Shown here: one piece after another, positions 11,357-25,001 of the stretch
Layout of the letters: each line of letters begins with the position of its first letter
How positions within the stretch are numbered: position 1 is the first letter of the stretch
Origin: Microthyrium microscopicum
Lineage: Eukaryota
Length of the DNA: 64,000 nt
Assembly: GCA_010405405.1 (NCBI GenBank)
Contig: MU004237.1
Coordinates: 1,995,345-2,059,344, forward strand
Direction of reading: 5' to 3'
Notes under the pieces: generated by a model
Database searches by the model: none
Told to the model about the DNA's origin: nothing
Seen by the model: only the letters and a program-made list of their open reading frames with translations
Position numbers and translations under genes: made by a program

Positions 11357-14300
11357 ATGATTGAATATCTTGGAATCACGGCTAACAAGCTGTCGTCCAT
11401 GACGACGGGCTGGTGGAACTTTGTAAGGAACTTTGGATGGTTTACTAAATTGAAACAGAGCTGATGGGGGTTTAGATCATTATTGGACTTCTTATTGTCA
11501 CCACAGTCTTTGGAACGTGCTATGTGCTCTTTGCTTCATACAAAGGTGTCAAGAGCCACATAGTTGTAAGTTTGGCCCATTGAATTCTTTGGAATCTTTG
11601 ATTTAACATTCCTGCGATAGAAAAAACGTAATATCGCTTCCGTACCTCCTGCCGTCGCGGCCTACATCGACGAACTCAAACGCTTTGTCAAACCACTACG
11701 CCAGGTCAGGGAAAAGGCCTCGCAAAATCCCAAGACATTTGGTGCTTTCTTGGGAGGAATGTCTTCTCCACCAACTGCACATGAAGGTAGCCTCTTGTCG
11801 AATTGGGACATGATCGTTTTGGATCCTCGCCAAGCTGGTGTTCTCGATGCCGCTACCTACCAATGCACCTCTGCTCATATTCTCGGCCGCCTCGATGTTC
11901 GAACGTTGATGGGATCGGACCGATCCTCCAACCCTGCCGAAATCAACCAATGCTTAGGCGCGATCTCACAGGCTTTGACGAATAACTTCAGACGAGCTGG
12001 CGAGACTGATTCGAAGTTCACGGGTGTTCTTCTCGCAAACTGGACCAACCACTTCACCCCGATTATCTGCAACAGACTTATCGATTATATCCTTGCTCTT
12101 GGTTTTGAGGTATATCTGGAAATTTCGCCACCTGCGTTCCTCAATGAAGAGCAAGTTCAAGAGCTTAATATGAGCCTCGTTCGAGGTGTTGTATGTTATA
12201 ATGGAACAATCCTTCCAGATGGAGAACGCCGCAACTACTTCGAGATGGTTCCCATGATGCCTGCTCTCAGAGCAATGGCCGGACAAGCCGTTATTCGCGA
12301 TGCCTGCATTATGATGTTGGAAGCTCTCGACGACAACGCAGAGGTTCGCCACGCCGTCGTCAAACGTAGCTACGATTGGTGCAGATTCAAGAGTGCTATA
12401 AGCTGGATCGGACCAAACTCTGCTTTAACAAACGCTGAAATCGCCTACCGCAAGACTGTTGTCGGAGAGCCCATGGGAGCCATGATGTGGTTGAAAGAGG
12501 ACATTAATCAGAAACTTCATGAGACCTGGAGACTGAACGATACGATTAGCCAACATCCAACCAGCGACCACTCGATTTACGATACTCTGGAAGCTTTCGT
12601 GCCCGGTCTGAAGTCTAGACTGTCTGTTGTGCTTCCAGACAACAACACTGAGCGACTAACCAATATTGTTGATGACTTCAACTGGACATCCCGCATCAGC
12701 CAGGAACAGAACAACCCATTTCTAGTCTCGCGTCAAGGTCACGACTTTTCTGAGCTTGGTTGCTTTCCCATTGGTATCGAAATCACCCCAAGAGACTTTG
12801 CGACTCTTGTTCAAGGTCAACGTCATCTCGCCAAGCTTAACATGCTCGACCCTATCAAGCCAGAGAAACTCCGCGCTCACGTTGCAAAGATTCAGGCTCT
12901 CTATGATGCCCGGAACACTCTTGGTCTATCTCCCGTAGTATGCGAAGCCGTCGTGGAACTGCTGGAGCTCTGCACCCTTAGCGACGAGGAAATCAATGAG
13001 CACCTTCGAATTTACATTGGCCTGGATTCTGGATTCCGCACTGCCATGGACAAGAAATTCTGGGGACTTTACGAGGCCGATGCCGATACTGGACTTACTG
13101 ATATCTACATCTCTGCAATGGCACCTGATGTTCCTGGCACGATGCTCCACACTTTCCTGTCGAGTCGAGGGGTTTCCCGTGTGCAATCCTTCTTGGCTGA
13201 AATGGCTTTGGCTCACGTACAGGGCAAGTTGGACGAAAGATGGCAAATGTCTCCACGAATGGTTCATGATCTTGGCTGGATTACTCCGGCTGAGAACCTT
13301 CTGTTTATGCAACGACTCACAGTTTCTCCTTGTGCGAGCTGTCCTGAATGCTCTGCTTTGTCAACCAGAGTTCGCGGGTACGCCGAATACCAGTTGCTTG
13401 AAGTTCCTACCATCACCCAGCTAAGAAGACAAAATGCCAACACTTATCTCCGTGGACTGATCACTGTTGAGGAATTGATCAAAAATCGTCTCGACTGGTA
13501 TCGCGAAAAAGGATGCTACCATCCCGAATTCAACACCGCAGTTGCTTTGTTTAAGGAGATTGACGCTCGTTTACCCTTCATCCTTTTGGAACAACACCGC
13601 GACATTGCTACTCAGATTGACAATGTCATGCAGGAAGTTTTGCAAAAAGGCAAGATTGATGCTAGTGCTGATATCTTTGGTCTCGCTCTGTTCTGTGCCT
13701 ACCGCAAGATGGCCCTCCAAGAAGTCATTATGGAAGTTACTGACCGCAATCCTCTACCAAATGGCCAACCGGATCAGGCTGCTTGTTTCGCTGAAATGTT
13801 CTCACTTGGATCCAATTGCGAGGCTTATTTCGACATCTCCCCAAATACTATGGGTCAAATTCTGAATGTCAAAATGCGTGGCTACTACAAGAAGCATCAG
13901 CCTCCCCAGAGAGATGATCTCACTACAGAGTTGCCCACCGCCTATTCGTCGTCTAACATCGATTTGGACCCCAAGGCAGGAGGACCTGAGCTCCCAATGT
14001 ACTACAGAGTCAGCTTCCTGGGTATTTTTGCAGTCCCGGCTCTTGTTGATATTCTGCTTCTTACAACTATCGGACGTGGTCTCTACTTGTCAGCATTCAT
14101 GACTGAGGTGGAGAAATCCACAGCTACCAGCGCTCTTATGACATCTCTCTTCTTGACCGGTGCCATTGGTACCTGGATCAGCTCTGGAGGTAGTTACTAC
14201 CTGCATTCAATGGCCTTCTCTGCGATGAACATGTTTGTCATGACACGATTTGTTGCTGGTGTTGCGTTAGCCTTCCTCATCGGCGGCACAGCTTTCATTG

Positions 14301-17300
14301 TTCTTGCAGCCACCAAAGGCGTCTTGGCTGGTGTTATCTTCTTTCTCTACTTCTGCATGCTTACCATGTACCTGACGATCCTGGCTGCCTTGGCTATCTA
14401 TCAGTTACCCGACTTCATGTTCCAGTCTGGTCGAGTGGTCATCACGATGTGCATTCCTCTTCTGTTCATTTCACCAATTCTTACGCTCTGGGTTGGTCAT
14501 GATATCATTGTCTATCTTTGCATCCTCGCGTCCTTCCTGACTGCCCTGCTGGTTGGTACCAGGAAGGTCGTGGCTCAGTGGGGTACATGGTACATCAGCA
14601 TCAAGACTATGACTGACAAAGAGGTTGTCATATGGTACAAGGACGCCAGAATTCTCGACCCAACGATCCCTGGTCCTGAAGATGACTCTGTAGATGTCGG
14701 CAACACCGCATTCCCTCGTCTGGCTTTACACTCTGCCATTGTCAAGGAGGTCAACAAATCATTCTGGACCAAACCGACCACCGACGTTAAAATCAAGGAA
14801 ATGGCCGAGGCATATCCTGCTACGCAGTTCCTGCTGGGCTGGTACACGCAATACTCTCGAACCAAGATGCCATACGCTTTCAGTCCTACATGGAATCTAC
14901 AGTGCAAGGCTGCCATCGATACTCTCCGCGACATGCAAAAGGGATTGAAACTCCACAACGCATTCATTCACTGGCGTCATTCTGGTGATGAAGTCTGGTG
15001 TGGTGTTCTCTACTTCGTCATTGCTCTTTTGGATAAATGGATCTCATTGCTTTCTGGTGGCTCCATCGTCGGTCTTTCCGCTGCCAATAGTGAGGTTTAT
15101 CGCCTTGCGGTTGGTTTCGGTCTCTCGTACTTCTTGATTGGCGCCGTCTTCCTTGATAGCGTAGCTCAACCTCTCTGGGCAACTGCCAACAAAGCTCTTC
15201 CACAACCGGTCAACTCAATTGAGCGTCTCAAGCAAGTTGCCATCAACGATGCTAAGAATAAGCGCAATCTTTACTGGCGGGAACTTAGCAGGTACTTTTT
15301 CATGCACGTTTGGGGTCTCTCAATCACCGCAGCCTTGATGTGGTCTTTCAACCAGTATCGAGAAGCCGTCATCATGTACCTTGCGTATGTCGGTGCTTAC
15401 AGTGGTCTCCTGTGGTATCAGTACAACCGCATCTTCACAGGTCCTACTGCGCTTAAGGATCTTCTCACTGCTACCTGCATCGCTCTGCCCACCGGTGTTC
15501 TCCTCCGCCATTTCTTGCCAAATTTCGAGTACGGCGCTGTTGTTGGTCTAGGAATTGGTACTTGGACCGCGGCTATTCTTTCTGTCTTCACTTCAAAGAT
15601 TGGTGCTCCAGTATTCCGCAAGGATTCATACGTCCAGGAAACTCCAATCTATCACTGCTGTGGTACGCCAGGTACTCGCACTTTGATGTCACAGGCTGCT
15701 CTTGGCCAGATCTTCGATTCCACCACCACGCTTCCAACTGATCTTCGGTACAGACTCGACCCCGCCAATCATCCAGGTGTTGAAGTCTTGGATAACCTCC
15801 TCTCACACAATAGCCAGAGCTCTAAGAATGTCGTCGAGGCCTTCCGATCTGCTATGCAACATGTTCACAAGACCGCTGATTTGTGGAAGAGAGGCGAGAC
15901 TCTGGTTGACCTTGTCCCAACTCGCCATCTCATTGACCAAGAACAAAAAATGAGAGCCATCAGTCGTCTTTCCGACAACAAACTCCACGTCTATGTCTTT
16001 GTTGGTCTTGATCTCGTTAACGATGAGTGGATTATGGATATTCGCCGCAACTGCAAGGTCATTGCTGAAGCCATCATCCACTGCACTGCCCAGGCTCGTC
16101 TTGGATTTACCAAGGAACATTCTCAATTGATCGAACTGTTGGCCATGAGTGGTATCCAAGATGACGAATTTGCCATCCCAGAGGGTGTCAAGCGCCAATT
16201 GGAGCACTCCTCTAACGAACGTCTCCGCGTCCTCAAGGATTCCGACAAGACTTTCCTTCGCGATCTCCTCCTCGGTCTGGATGTTGAAGTTGGCTGGGAT
16301 AACTTGCCATTGACTGTTCGCTCCTACCTGATCCAACGATGCTGTGGTCTCCCCTGCCGCCTATCTGATGTTCAAATTGACTGGATGAACTCACGTCTTG
16401 AAGAAACGCGCTGTATTGATGCCGATGAGCTTATTGCTCGTAGCAACCTGGGCGCCGTTACTAGTGCCCAGATTACCGCTTTCGCATCTAATTTGGAAGG
16501 AGATCACGATGGTGATCGACCAGAACCTCCGGATTCAATCTACGATGATGTTACCCTTCTCCCCAACGCCATGGAGCCAGACACTCGCATTATTGACCGT
16601 ATCCTCAAGCCTGTCTTCTGGTCGAACAACAAACTCCAGATCGGTATCAAGTTCTGCGTCGTGGCGCTCATCGCTGACCCCGAATTCCAACGCGAACTTG
16701 ACTATGTCATGCAAGGCAAGCCTGCCATCATCCGCTGGCCCATCACATTTGGTCTCAACATCCTTTGGCATTATGTCAAGACTCTTCAAAACATTATCCT
16801 CCCGATCTTCCTGCTCCATGGGCGCGAGAAGGTGCAAAAGGTCTATGATGACATGAAGGGTATGAAGACTGTTATCATGAAGAACAGGATCGCCGTCGAG
16901 AATATTGATGGTCCTACTACTTGCTTCCAATCCTCTCAAGCAGATGGCACTTATCAACTCCACCAGTACAAGGGACACTTTGACGCAAAGCCTCCAGGTA
17001 TCGAAAACATGATGGCTGTCAACACTTACTCCAGCAAGCTTGTCCTCTTGAAGAGAGAGGAATGGGCCAAGTGCAAGCTTGTCAACACTTATGAGTATGA
17101 GTATACTGGCAACGACCCCAACCGCTATCACAAGCTGCCAATCCAGCGTCGCTGTGTTGAAGGAGACCTCAAACGCCAAATCGTCGAGTATGACAACCGT
17201 GGATACATTGAACGCGGCTCCTACTTCAAGGATGACAATCTTGTCGAGTTCAAATTCTGGTACCGCAAGAACGCCAAGTTTGATGATGAGCTTCTTCGAG

Positions 17301-19861
17301 GAGAATTCTCTCTTCCTCATATCAGCATGGACGTTGCTTGGAGTGTCCCTCCAGCCAACAATTCTAAGCGCCTGGACAAGTGGATCCCTTATACCAAGGT
17401 CACTGAAGCTACATTCGTCCAAGGTTCTGACGTCTATCACAGCAAGTGGCTCTACGATCACAAGTTCCATCCTGTCGTCACAACCACACTCAACGGTCAA
17501 GAAATTCCTACTCCTCCTATGATTGAGTTTGATTGGTTTGGTGTTCTGAAAAAGCCAAAGAACTGCAGCTTCATTGCCGATAACCCTGTTTTCTCTTTCA
17601 GCTCTTTGTCGTCTAATGTCTTTTCTCGTGCCCTTGGTTTCAGCAAGCACGTTTACCCCATGTCTACTACCCGTGCCCGATCACATCTCTGGAAGACCTG
17701 GAAAAATGGAAAGGAACTCGATGCTGTAACCACAAGATGGCTCGACGAGATGGCCCTTCGCCGAGAAAAGGTTATGACTCCCTACTGGAGAGCCCGCGAC
17801 TGGGGTTTCCTCCGCCGCGCTGAAGACTACATCCTCGAGCAAGCAGACACTATCATGGCACGGGTTGATCTCGACCCGGATATCAGCTCCTGGACTCACA
17901 TTGCTTATAAGATCTCCGATTTCTTGAGCATGGGTCAAGGTGGTGATTCTCGCATCAACACTCGAACAGTCGAGACCCAAATGCAAGACAGCGACACTTC
18001 TCTCCACGTCCTCGCCATGGACACTGGTACCTGGCCTATTGAGGGTGGTGGTGTCTCTGCCTGCCGTCGTGACATGGTTAACAACCTGGACTCTATCAAA
18101 TGGCACGTTCTCGCTGAGGCTGCTAACGATTATGGTGTACCCAAATTCCAGATGGAGAAGAACGTACAATCGCTTACTCTCCTACCACTTTGGGGTCTTG
18201 ATTTCTTAACACCCACCCATGGTGTGTTCAACAACTGTTTGGACTCTGAAATCGCCCACAGAGAAAATGAAACTCGTGATGCTGATATCATCAAGAAGTT
18301 CATTCCTATTCTGACAACCTTGGTTCGCTGTTCACGTGCGGTCAAGCTTAGCCGCGAGCATATCGTTGAAGCCACCAAGGCTCTCTGCGATCTTAACACA
18401 TACTTCGAGTCCAATCGCCATTGGAGTGATGTCTGGAAGAGCGACATTGTCAAGAAGGTCTGGAGAGAACTCTGGCTCAGCCCCAGCACCGACAACATGG
18501 TTCCCATCTCTGACTGGCTCGACGCTGAATGCCCAACATTAGCCCACATGGACAATGCCTTGGACATGTGGCATCGTTATCTCTTCATCCAGTCTGTACC
18601 CGTTCCTGAGGAGATCCCAAGTGTCTTCCAAGCCTCCCATCATTTCGCCGGTGCCTCTTATGGCGTTGTGTGCAAAGTGAAGCGTGGATGCTCTCTACAC
18701 GTTTGGGATCATTGTATCTCATGGCGAGAAGTCACCGTCTTCTTATCATCTGCCATGTCCTTCGACGCACCTTTCGTCTGCACTGCACTCATCTCACTCT
18801 CGCGAGTCATCGCTGTTCTTCTACTCCATCATGCAGACGTGGTTCTTCCTTGTGCTGATTTCTTCAACCCTGGTTGGGAAGTTGAACTTGGTAGCCAGGA
18901 GAATGTCATCTGCCATCGTCGCACATATAGGCGAAAGATCGATCCCGTTGTCAACGGCATTACCGACATGGAGCGGTTCAAGCCAATTGAGCAGATCAAG
19001 TCCAAGAGACCAACTGCCGTCATGTTGTCTCACGTTCGGTAAGTTTCCTATCCATGTTTTCAAAGGCCATATTTTAACTATCGAACAGTTTCGTCAAGGA
19101 TATCAAGAACGCCATCTTGGCAGCAGATCTAATTTGCAACGTTTGGGGCTTCAAAGACTATCGTCTAGAAATCTACGGTGACATGGAGAGAGCTCCAAGT
19201 TATGCTGTCGAATGTCAAGAAATCATTGCCATCAAAGGTCTACACGACAACGTCCTCCTCAAGGGTCTTGGTAGCCCGATGAAGGTCCTTGAAGACGCTG
19301 TAAGTTATAATTACTTCACTAATCTCGTCACACAACACTAACAGTCTCTAGTGGCTCTTCCTCAACTCCTCCGTCTCTGAAGGTCTTCCACTCGCCATGG
19401 GTGAAGCCGCCTTGACAGGTGTGCCCGTCGTCTGTACCGACGTAGGCGCCTCATTCCGAGTCGTCACCGACCCCGAAACCGGCAAACGCTTCAGTGCCGT
19501 CGTCGCACCCAACGACTCCTTCTCTCTCGCTCGTGCCCAAGTCAACATTCTCGCCATGCTTGACGAATGGAGCGAATATGCCGACGACGAGCCCGGCTAT
19601 CGGCCCAAACTTTCTGTCCACCCCACAGCAGACGAAGTCGAACGATTCACGAAGCGCATGTACGAGAAAGAAGAGCAACGACGACGCCTGGGTAACATGG
19701 GTCGTACCAACGTCTTCAACTCGTTCTCCAGCGACCGCTATCTGCGAGAACACGAGCAGATGCTTTGGATTGCCAAGATGCAGAGCGGCGACTTCAAGGC
19801 TAACGTGGGTAGCAGCTTACCTGTCTCCAGCAGGTCAAGTTGGCTAGAGAAGGATGATTGA
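11357..19861 (+). CDS. gtb3: Giant membrane-bound GT4 glycosyltransferase, galactosaminogalactan synthase Gtb3-like (PelF-like C-terminus), ~2764 aa
   Basis: Exons 11357-11422, 11476-11565, 11621-19038, 19089-19299 and 19352-19861 are all GT-AG and in frame. The protein has an N-terminal TM segment, a PelA/GH114-like start (WDMIVLDP), a central multi-TM block, and a C-terminal GT-B region with VVNGI, HVRFVKDIK and the GT4 E-x7-E motif SSVSEGLPLAMGEAA followed by PVVCTDVG. An Agd3-like gene lies nearby. Confidence 0.9.
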
Positions 19862-22800
19862 AACATGGACATGGAAAGTTGATCGCTGCGATCATCTCTG
19901 CTTTGGAAGTAACTGGCACGCCTCGCGAAGACGGTGCTTTCTTATACCCCTCGAAATAAACCAGGATCATGTATATTGTATTGTATTGTTAGGCGTATGG
20001 CGATGGGACATGCCCCATCATGGAAACTGTCTATAAACATGTACGGGCTCTTGATTACGATTAAACGAGAAGCTCATAGACAGTTCGGTTCATAATCACT
20101 CATTAGATATATTTTCTTCAAAGTCTAGACACGAAATGTCATTGGTATTACCACACTAGAACTCTTTGTGCTCTCTAACTATTCTCCGATGATATCTCAG
20201 CCTTGTGACACTTGAATCATTGTCCCTTCGCAGCCTTGCATTGAGAATTAGTCATACAAGACAAAATTGTACACACACTGTTGTCGGAGGAACTTGTCAA
20301 GCAATACACTTCAGAATCTGCTCAAGTCGGCAATTTTTAGCTTTAAAACGCTCGTAGTAAGCTTGCTATCAAATGTCGCTGCTGACTCTCAGCCCTACGA
20401 AGTCCAACCGCTTCTTGTGAACAGGTCACACCAATGCGGAGCATTGTCATGGAAGACGGTAGGACAAGAAGAAACTCTTCCAAATCAATCATTGCCAACC
20501 CATTCCTTGCATCACGCCTACCACAGAATCTGATACATTTTGATCTGCACCCCACAAACTCGAGCATTGTACGGCCACCGACGCGGTCATGACCACGAGA
20601 ACAAGGTCAACAATGTGGTCGTGATAATGGGCAAAGATCGCTGGATCACCAAGTTCTCGTCTATCAAAAATAAATCATCCCCACAGTCATACCACCTCGT
20701 ACTCCCTAGTTTCAACCATCGATTGTAACCTCACGAAAAGTACAATCGAAAATAAAGCTTAGCACACGAGTCACACAACATACCCGTCTCGCGAACCAAG
20801 ATTTGGCTCAACCTCCTCCACTAACCCTTCCACAACTCGATCGTTTTTCTCCGCCCCTCTCTGCAGTACCAATTCACTACGTGCCCAAAAGATGGTTCGA
20901 TGCAACACCCAGCGATTCTCTTTCGCCTCCTCAAATTCGTGGTCCTCAACGCGCCCAAGCAGCTCAACTCGGATGTGGCCGTCGAGTAAGAACGCGTGCC
21001 AAAGATGCTTTTGAGGTAAACCAAAAACCGTGGCGTTGCTGGGCTGACAGACCAAACATGATGGCGTTGACGATGTGGCTACTGGGCGTTTCCAGACTCC
21101 ACTGAAGTTGGAAGGACCCCTTTGTACCCCTTTTGAAAATGAAAGGGTCCATGTACAAGTATTGGGGCTGGTAACTTATTTCCTAGGGGTGCACTAAGGG
21201 CTTTGAGCGCGCTTATTTGGTACCAGGGTGCTCCTGACCTAAAAAGGTCGAACGCATGGTTTCTCGGCTGCTGCCGATTAGCGTTCTTTTGAAGGACGCA
21301 CTTTGCGCTGTTGATTGGCTGAGTAGTGCTTGAGGCTTTTGAGGGGCCACAGTGTCGACAGGGGTGTTTTTCTTCGCTGGAAACTGAGTATTGTTGCTTT
21401 TGAGTGGAAATGACAGGTCACCACTACTCCAATTTACACGCCTTTTATTCCCAGCAATACTTCTCGTATTATTTTACTCTTTGCTGCATGGTTCTTGGAG
21501 CTTTGGGGCTTTTGCAAGCTGGAAAAGTCAACATGGCTTTCTTGGCGCTTTGAAAAGCCTTGAGATCAAGCTTTTGGCGGCGGCCACCATGAACACTATT
21601 TTCTCCAATGGCTTGCCCAGAACGACGGGTCAGTGAAGATTTGTCGTGGTCGCCGCTTTTACGAATATGATGTAATAACCTGCGATAACTAATTTTACGC
21701 GTTGACGCGACTGTATAAGGCTCGCGTGGTACTGTTGAAGGCGTTGCAGTTGCATTGTTCAGTCGTAAAGTAGACAGAAGAACACCACAGTAACAAATAT
21801 GAACCTTCAAGTCACAACCCCCCTTTCCAGAAAACGTGAGGTGGCACAGTACTGCTTTCGCTAATGAGACTTATGTCCTTCTAACATTACTAATTAACAA
21901 TTAACCATAATGTTGAACCTTCAGCCTTTGGCACGACTCACAAGAGAAACAGTCAGCACATTATTTCCTCTCCTTCGTACCCAAGGAACTGCATACGAAT
22001 TAAATGCATTACAATTCCAATCACGGTCAATTTATCAATAGTGAATCCTTTAGCATAAGATCGCGCGAACTCGACTTTCATTCAAGGTCTTATCTAGTGC
22101 CTCACTACCGTTCTCCCGAAAGTTGTCCGACACTTGCACTGTAACACAACAACAAGCTCGCCAATCCGACTGTTCGGAATCAACTCCGGAGTAGCAATGT
22201 AAGCATCTAGAGAAGTTTTTAAATTCGGACTCCGGCACACTGGGAAAGATCATGGCGTCCACGCGATGGCATATGGCCTCCTATTCAAGCGTTGATCGAA
22301 ATCTCAAAAGTACCGGCACGATAGAACACCAAGCGAACCCCATATGCCAAGATGCGCTGTGTTTATTCTTATCGAACATAAAGTTGTCGCGTGAAGAGCC
22401 TCATGTCGATCTATCCAATAGATATAAGACAGCGTGACAAACTATACGAGTTTAAAGGGACATCCCTTTCATCCTACCGTTAGCAAAAACGCGTCAAGTG
22501 TTCCACGTTGGCTTTTTGGCTACGGTAACTAGTCCTCACTTGTTATCTTGACCGTTCGCTAAGAATGACAAAAATACGATCAAGTTTTATGCTTCGTTGA
22601 TTGATTTTCAGTGATTGTGGTATTTGGTGATGTCGTTCAGGTTGGATTATATGGAAATGTTGATGCCAGCACATGAATCCTTTTGACATTTGCATATGAG
22701 GAAACATGGTTGTTAGCAGTGCAATTGGGTTATGCAGCTTTTAGTGTACATCCTACAGCGAGTGAATTTTGCAGATAGAACAAAGTAACAAAAGAATAGA

Positions 22801-23314
22801 CGTATGAGGTGCATGATTAGTGTTGCCTATTGGTAGGATTTAGGTACAAGATCACCAATTACCAGCTGCGAACGTGGAGTACTTATTTTTAGGATTTAGC
22901 ATACATTCAAGCTTCTTAGTATCTGCATTACTATGCAAGACTCTGCAGGGGTAAATGAAAGGATTATACATGGCCCCTCAAACATTGCGCTACTGTAGCC
23001 AAGGTTCAGTATGTACAACAGTACAACTAGTGAGTTTCTCATTGGTAAGTACACTGATCAAGATCAGGATCACAGCAACAGCAACGCAATGAAGAGCATG
23101 ATCATAGTCACAATTCAGATGCGAAAAATGCTAGGGACGAAAGAAACGAGCCATGAATGGGAGGAAGTAGGCAACAAGCCATCTCTCGAAGTTGTAAATT
23201 ACAAGTACCACTAATGTCTATTTTGTGCAGGACGTAGTTGACGATGCTGCTTTGAAGCAATTTTCCCAATTGTGCGCCGGAGCCATGTTCTGAAATCCAA
23301 ACTTTCTTCACTGC

Positions 23315-23680
23315 TTAACAAGGCTATGAATGGTTAGTACTTGATCGATAAGATTCTTTGGTAGGAGGGACTGACAATTGGCGATGGGCAGACTGGGTTC
23401 TTGAGATAGCAAGCTTCAGCAGCATTGGCCTTGAATGCACATTGCTAACAAAAAGGTTAGTAGATTTCGCAGACACAAAGTCTGGAGAACTTACGGCATT
23501 GGCGTTCAAGAATGGAGGAACGGTCACTGCAGGGCAGTCGCATGGAGTGATTTGAGGAGGAATGACCTCTGTGAGAGTGGCATTTCCAGCAGTGAGTGTG
23601 CCGTTCTCAGCACGCTTCATATTTTGATGTCCAGCGCAAGCAGCCGCGAAGGTGGCAAAGGCGAGTAGGACGAGCTTCAT
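23315..23680 (-). CDS. Small secreted cysteine-rich protein, ~87 aa
   Basis: Exons 23680-23495, 23444-23376 and 23323-23315 have canonical introns. It has a signal peptide (MKLVLLAFATFAAACAG), a KR pro-peptide site, two N-x-T sequons, and six Cys in the mature part (PCDCP...QCAFKANAAEACYLKNPVCPSPIPC*). Confidence 0.8.
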
Positions 23681-25001
23681 GATTGCTGAGTTTGAAAGTA
23701 GATGAAAGATTAATAGTAGTATAGCGAATGAAAGAAGATATTAAATCAAAGAGTGACTGTAGAAGATTCAGGCAAGGTTCTCCGGAATAATCGGGACAGA
23801 GCAGAAGAGATGGAGTGGAAAAGAGCGAGATGTTTAAGAGAATTGGCGCAGTGGACTCGTCAGCTCAGCACCGCCTCTAGAACGAGGAACTGACAATAGC
23901 GCGTAGCGAAGAACGGCGTAGAAGCGGAGCTGGAAGGCACTTTAGTGGAGCGAAAAGGACTCGACTCGTCAAAGCCAGGCACAACACCAGCCAAAGCAGC
24001 CCAAAAGTTGTGAGTCGAAAACAAGACCTTGGATAATACGAGGGGGGCGATATATGTACCCCTGGCACTAAGCCTAAAAGGAATACGGTCATATTGCTGA
24101 ACACGCGATGCCCCCAACTTCATCGCTGTTTTCCTGGTCCCGCCTGCTGTAGGGCCATTTCGCCTCAACCTGTCCATCCCTCTGGACCAGGCAGATCCAG
24201 GAGCATTTAGGCCAGGAATAAGGTTACCAGTGATGAGATCCCAGGATTGCCCCTCGACGATATGCGTAACTTCAGTCCAGACAACCTGCTAGCTCACAGC
24301 ACGATCTGATGTTGTGTCAAAACTCTGCATCAAACTGCAGATACATCAATACGATTCAATAATAACATGGTGACGACAAGGCATTTCTGCACTTTTGTTG
24401 GACTCGCGAAACTCCACTACGGTGGAAACAACCGGTAGGTAGTTTTGTTTAGAGCCTGTCAAAAGTCGCTTGTTTTCCTAAATTTAACCCCTTTACGCCA
24501 CAACCGACCGACCAATGCTAGCATGACATTGGTACGATGCTGTCTGAGCCTGTCTCTCCTTCAGCCATCTTTTGACAGCATCTTTTGATAACTCTGCCCA
24601 CATCCGTCTTTCCCGACCTGGCGCCATTTTGCAGTGGAGCCCCTACTGCTCGCATTTCCCGCCCCAGCAGCCTCACATCCACAGCTCTTGACCTTTACGC
24701 TGTGTTTGGTGGAGGTGAACGAGCTTTCGCTTAGCCCAAAGCGGTCCAACAAAGCCGAGACGCGCCGTTCATCGTTCTCTCTGGTGCCGTGTGCTCACTT
24801 TTCCAGAAATGTAAAAAGCCTGGGCTTGCCTTCCGTACCAAGCTTTTCTTGTCGGTCTCTCACGTTATGTGGTCTTGATTAAACTACACCACAAGCCCGC
24901 CTTTCTCTTTCTTCGTCACTCGTTGTTGACATAGTTCAACAGTCACTCGCTACGACTTCATATTCTTTTTTCAACTTTCATTAATACTAATATTTGACAT
25001 C

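Noticed and set aside
16535..17650. 371-aa antisense ORF (and similar ones) inside gtb3
   Set aside because: Shadow ORFs caused by the codon bias of the sense gene.
19900..23300. Short ORFs in the 3.4-kb gap after gtb3, examined as possible remnants of missing GAG genes
   Set aside because: No epimerase, spherulin or GH114 motifs and no coherent exon chain were found by eye.
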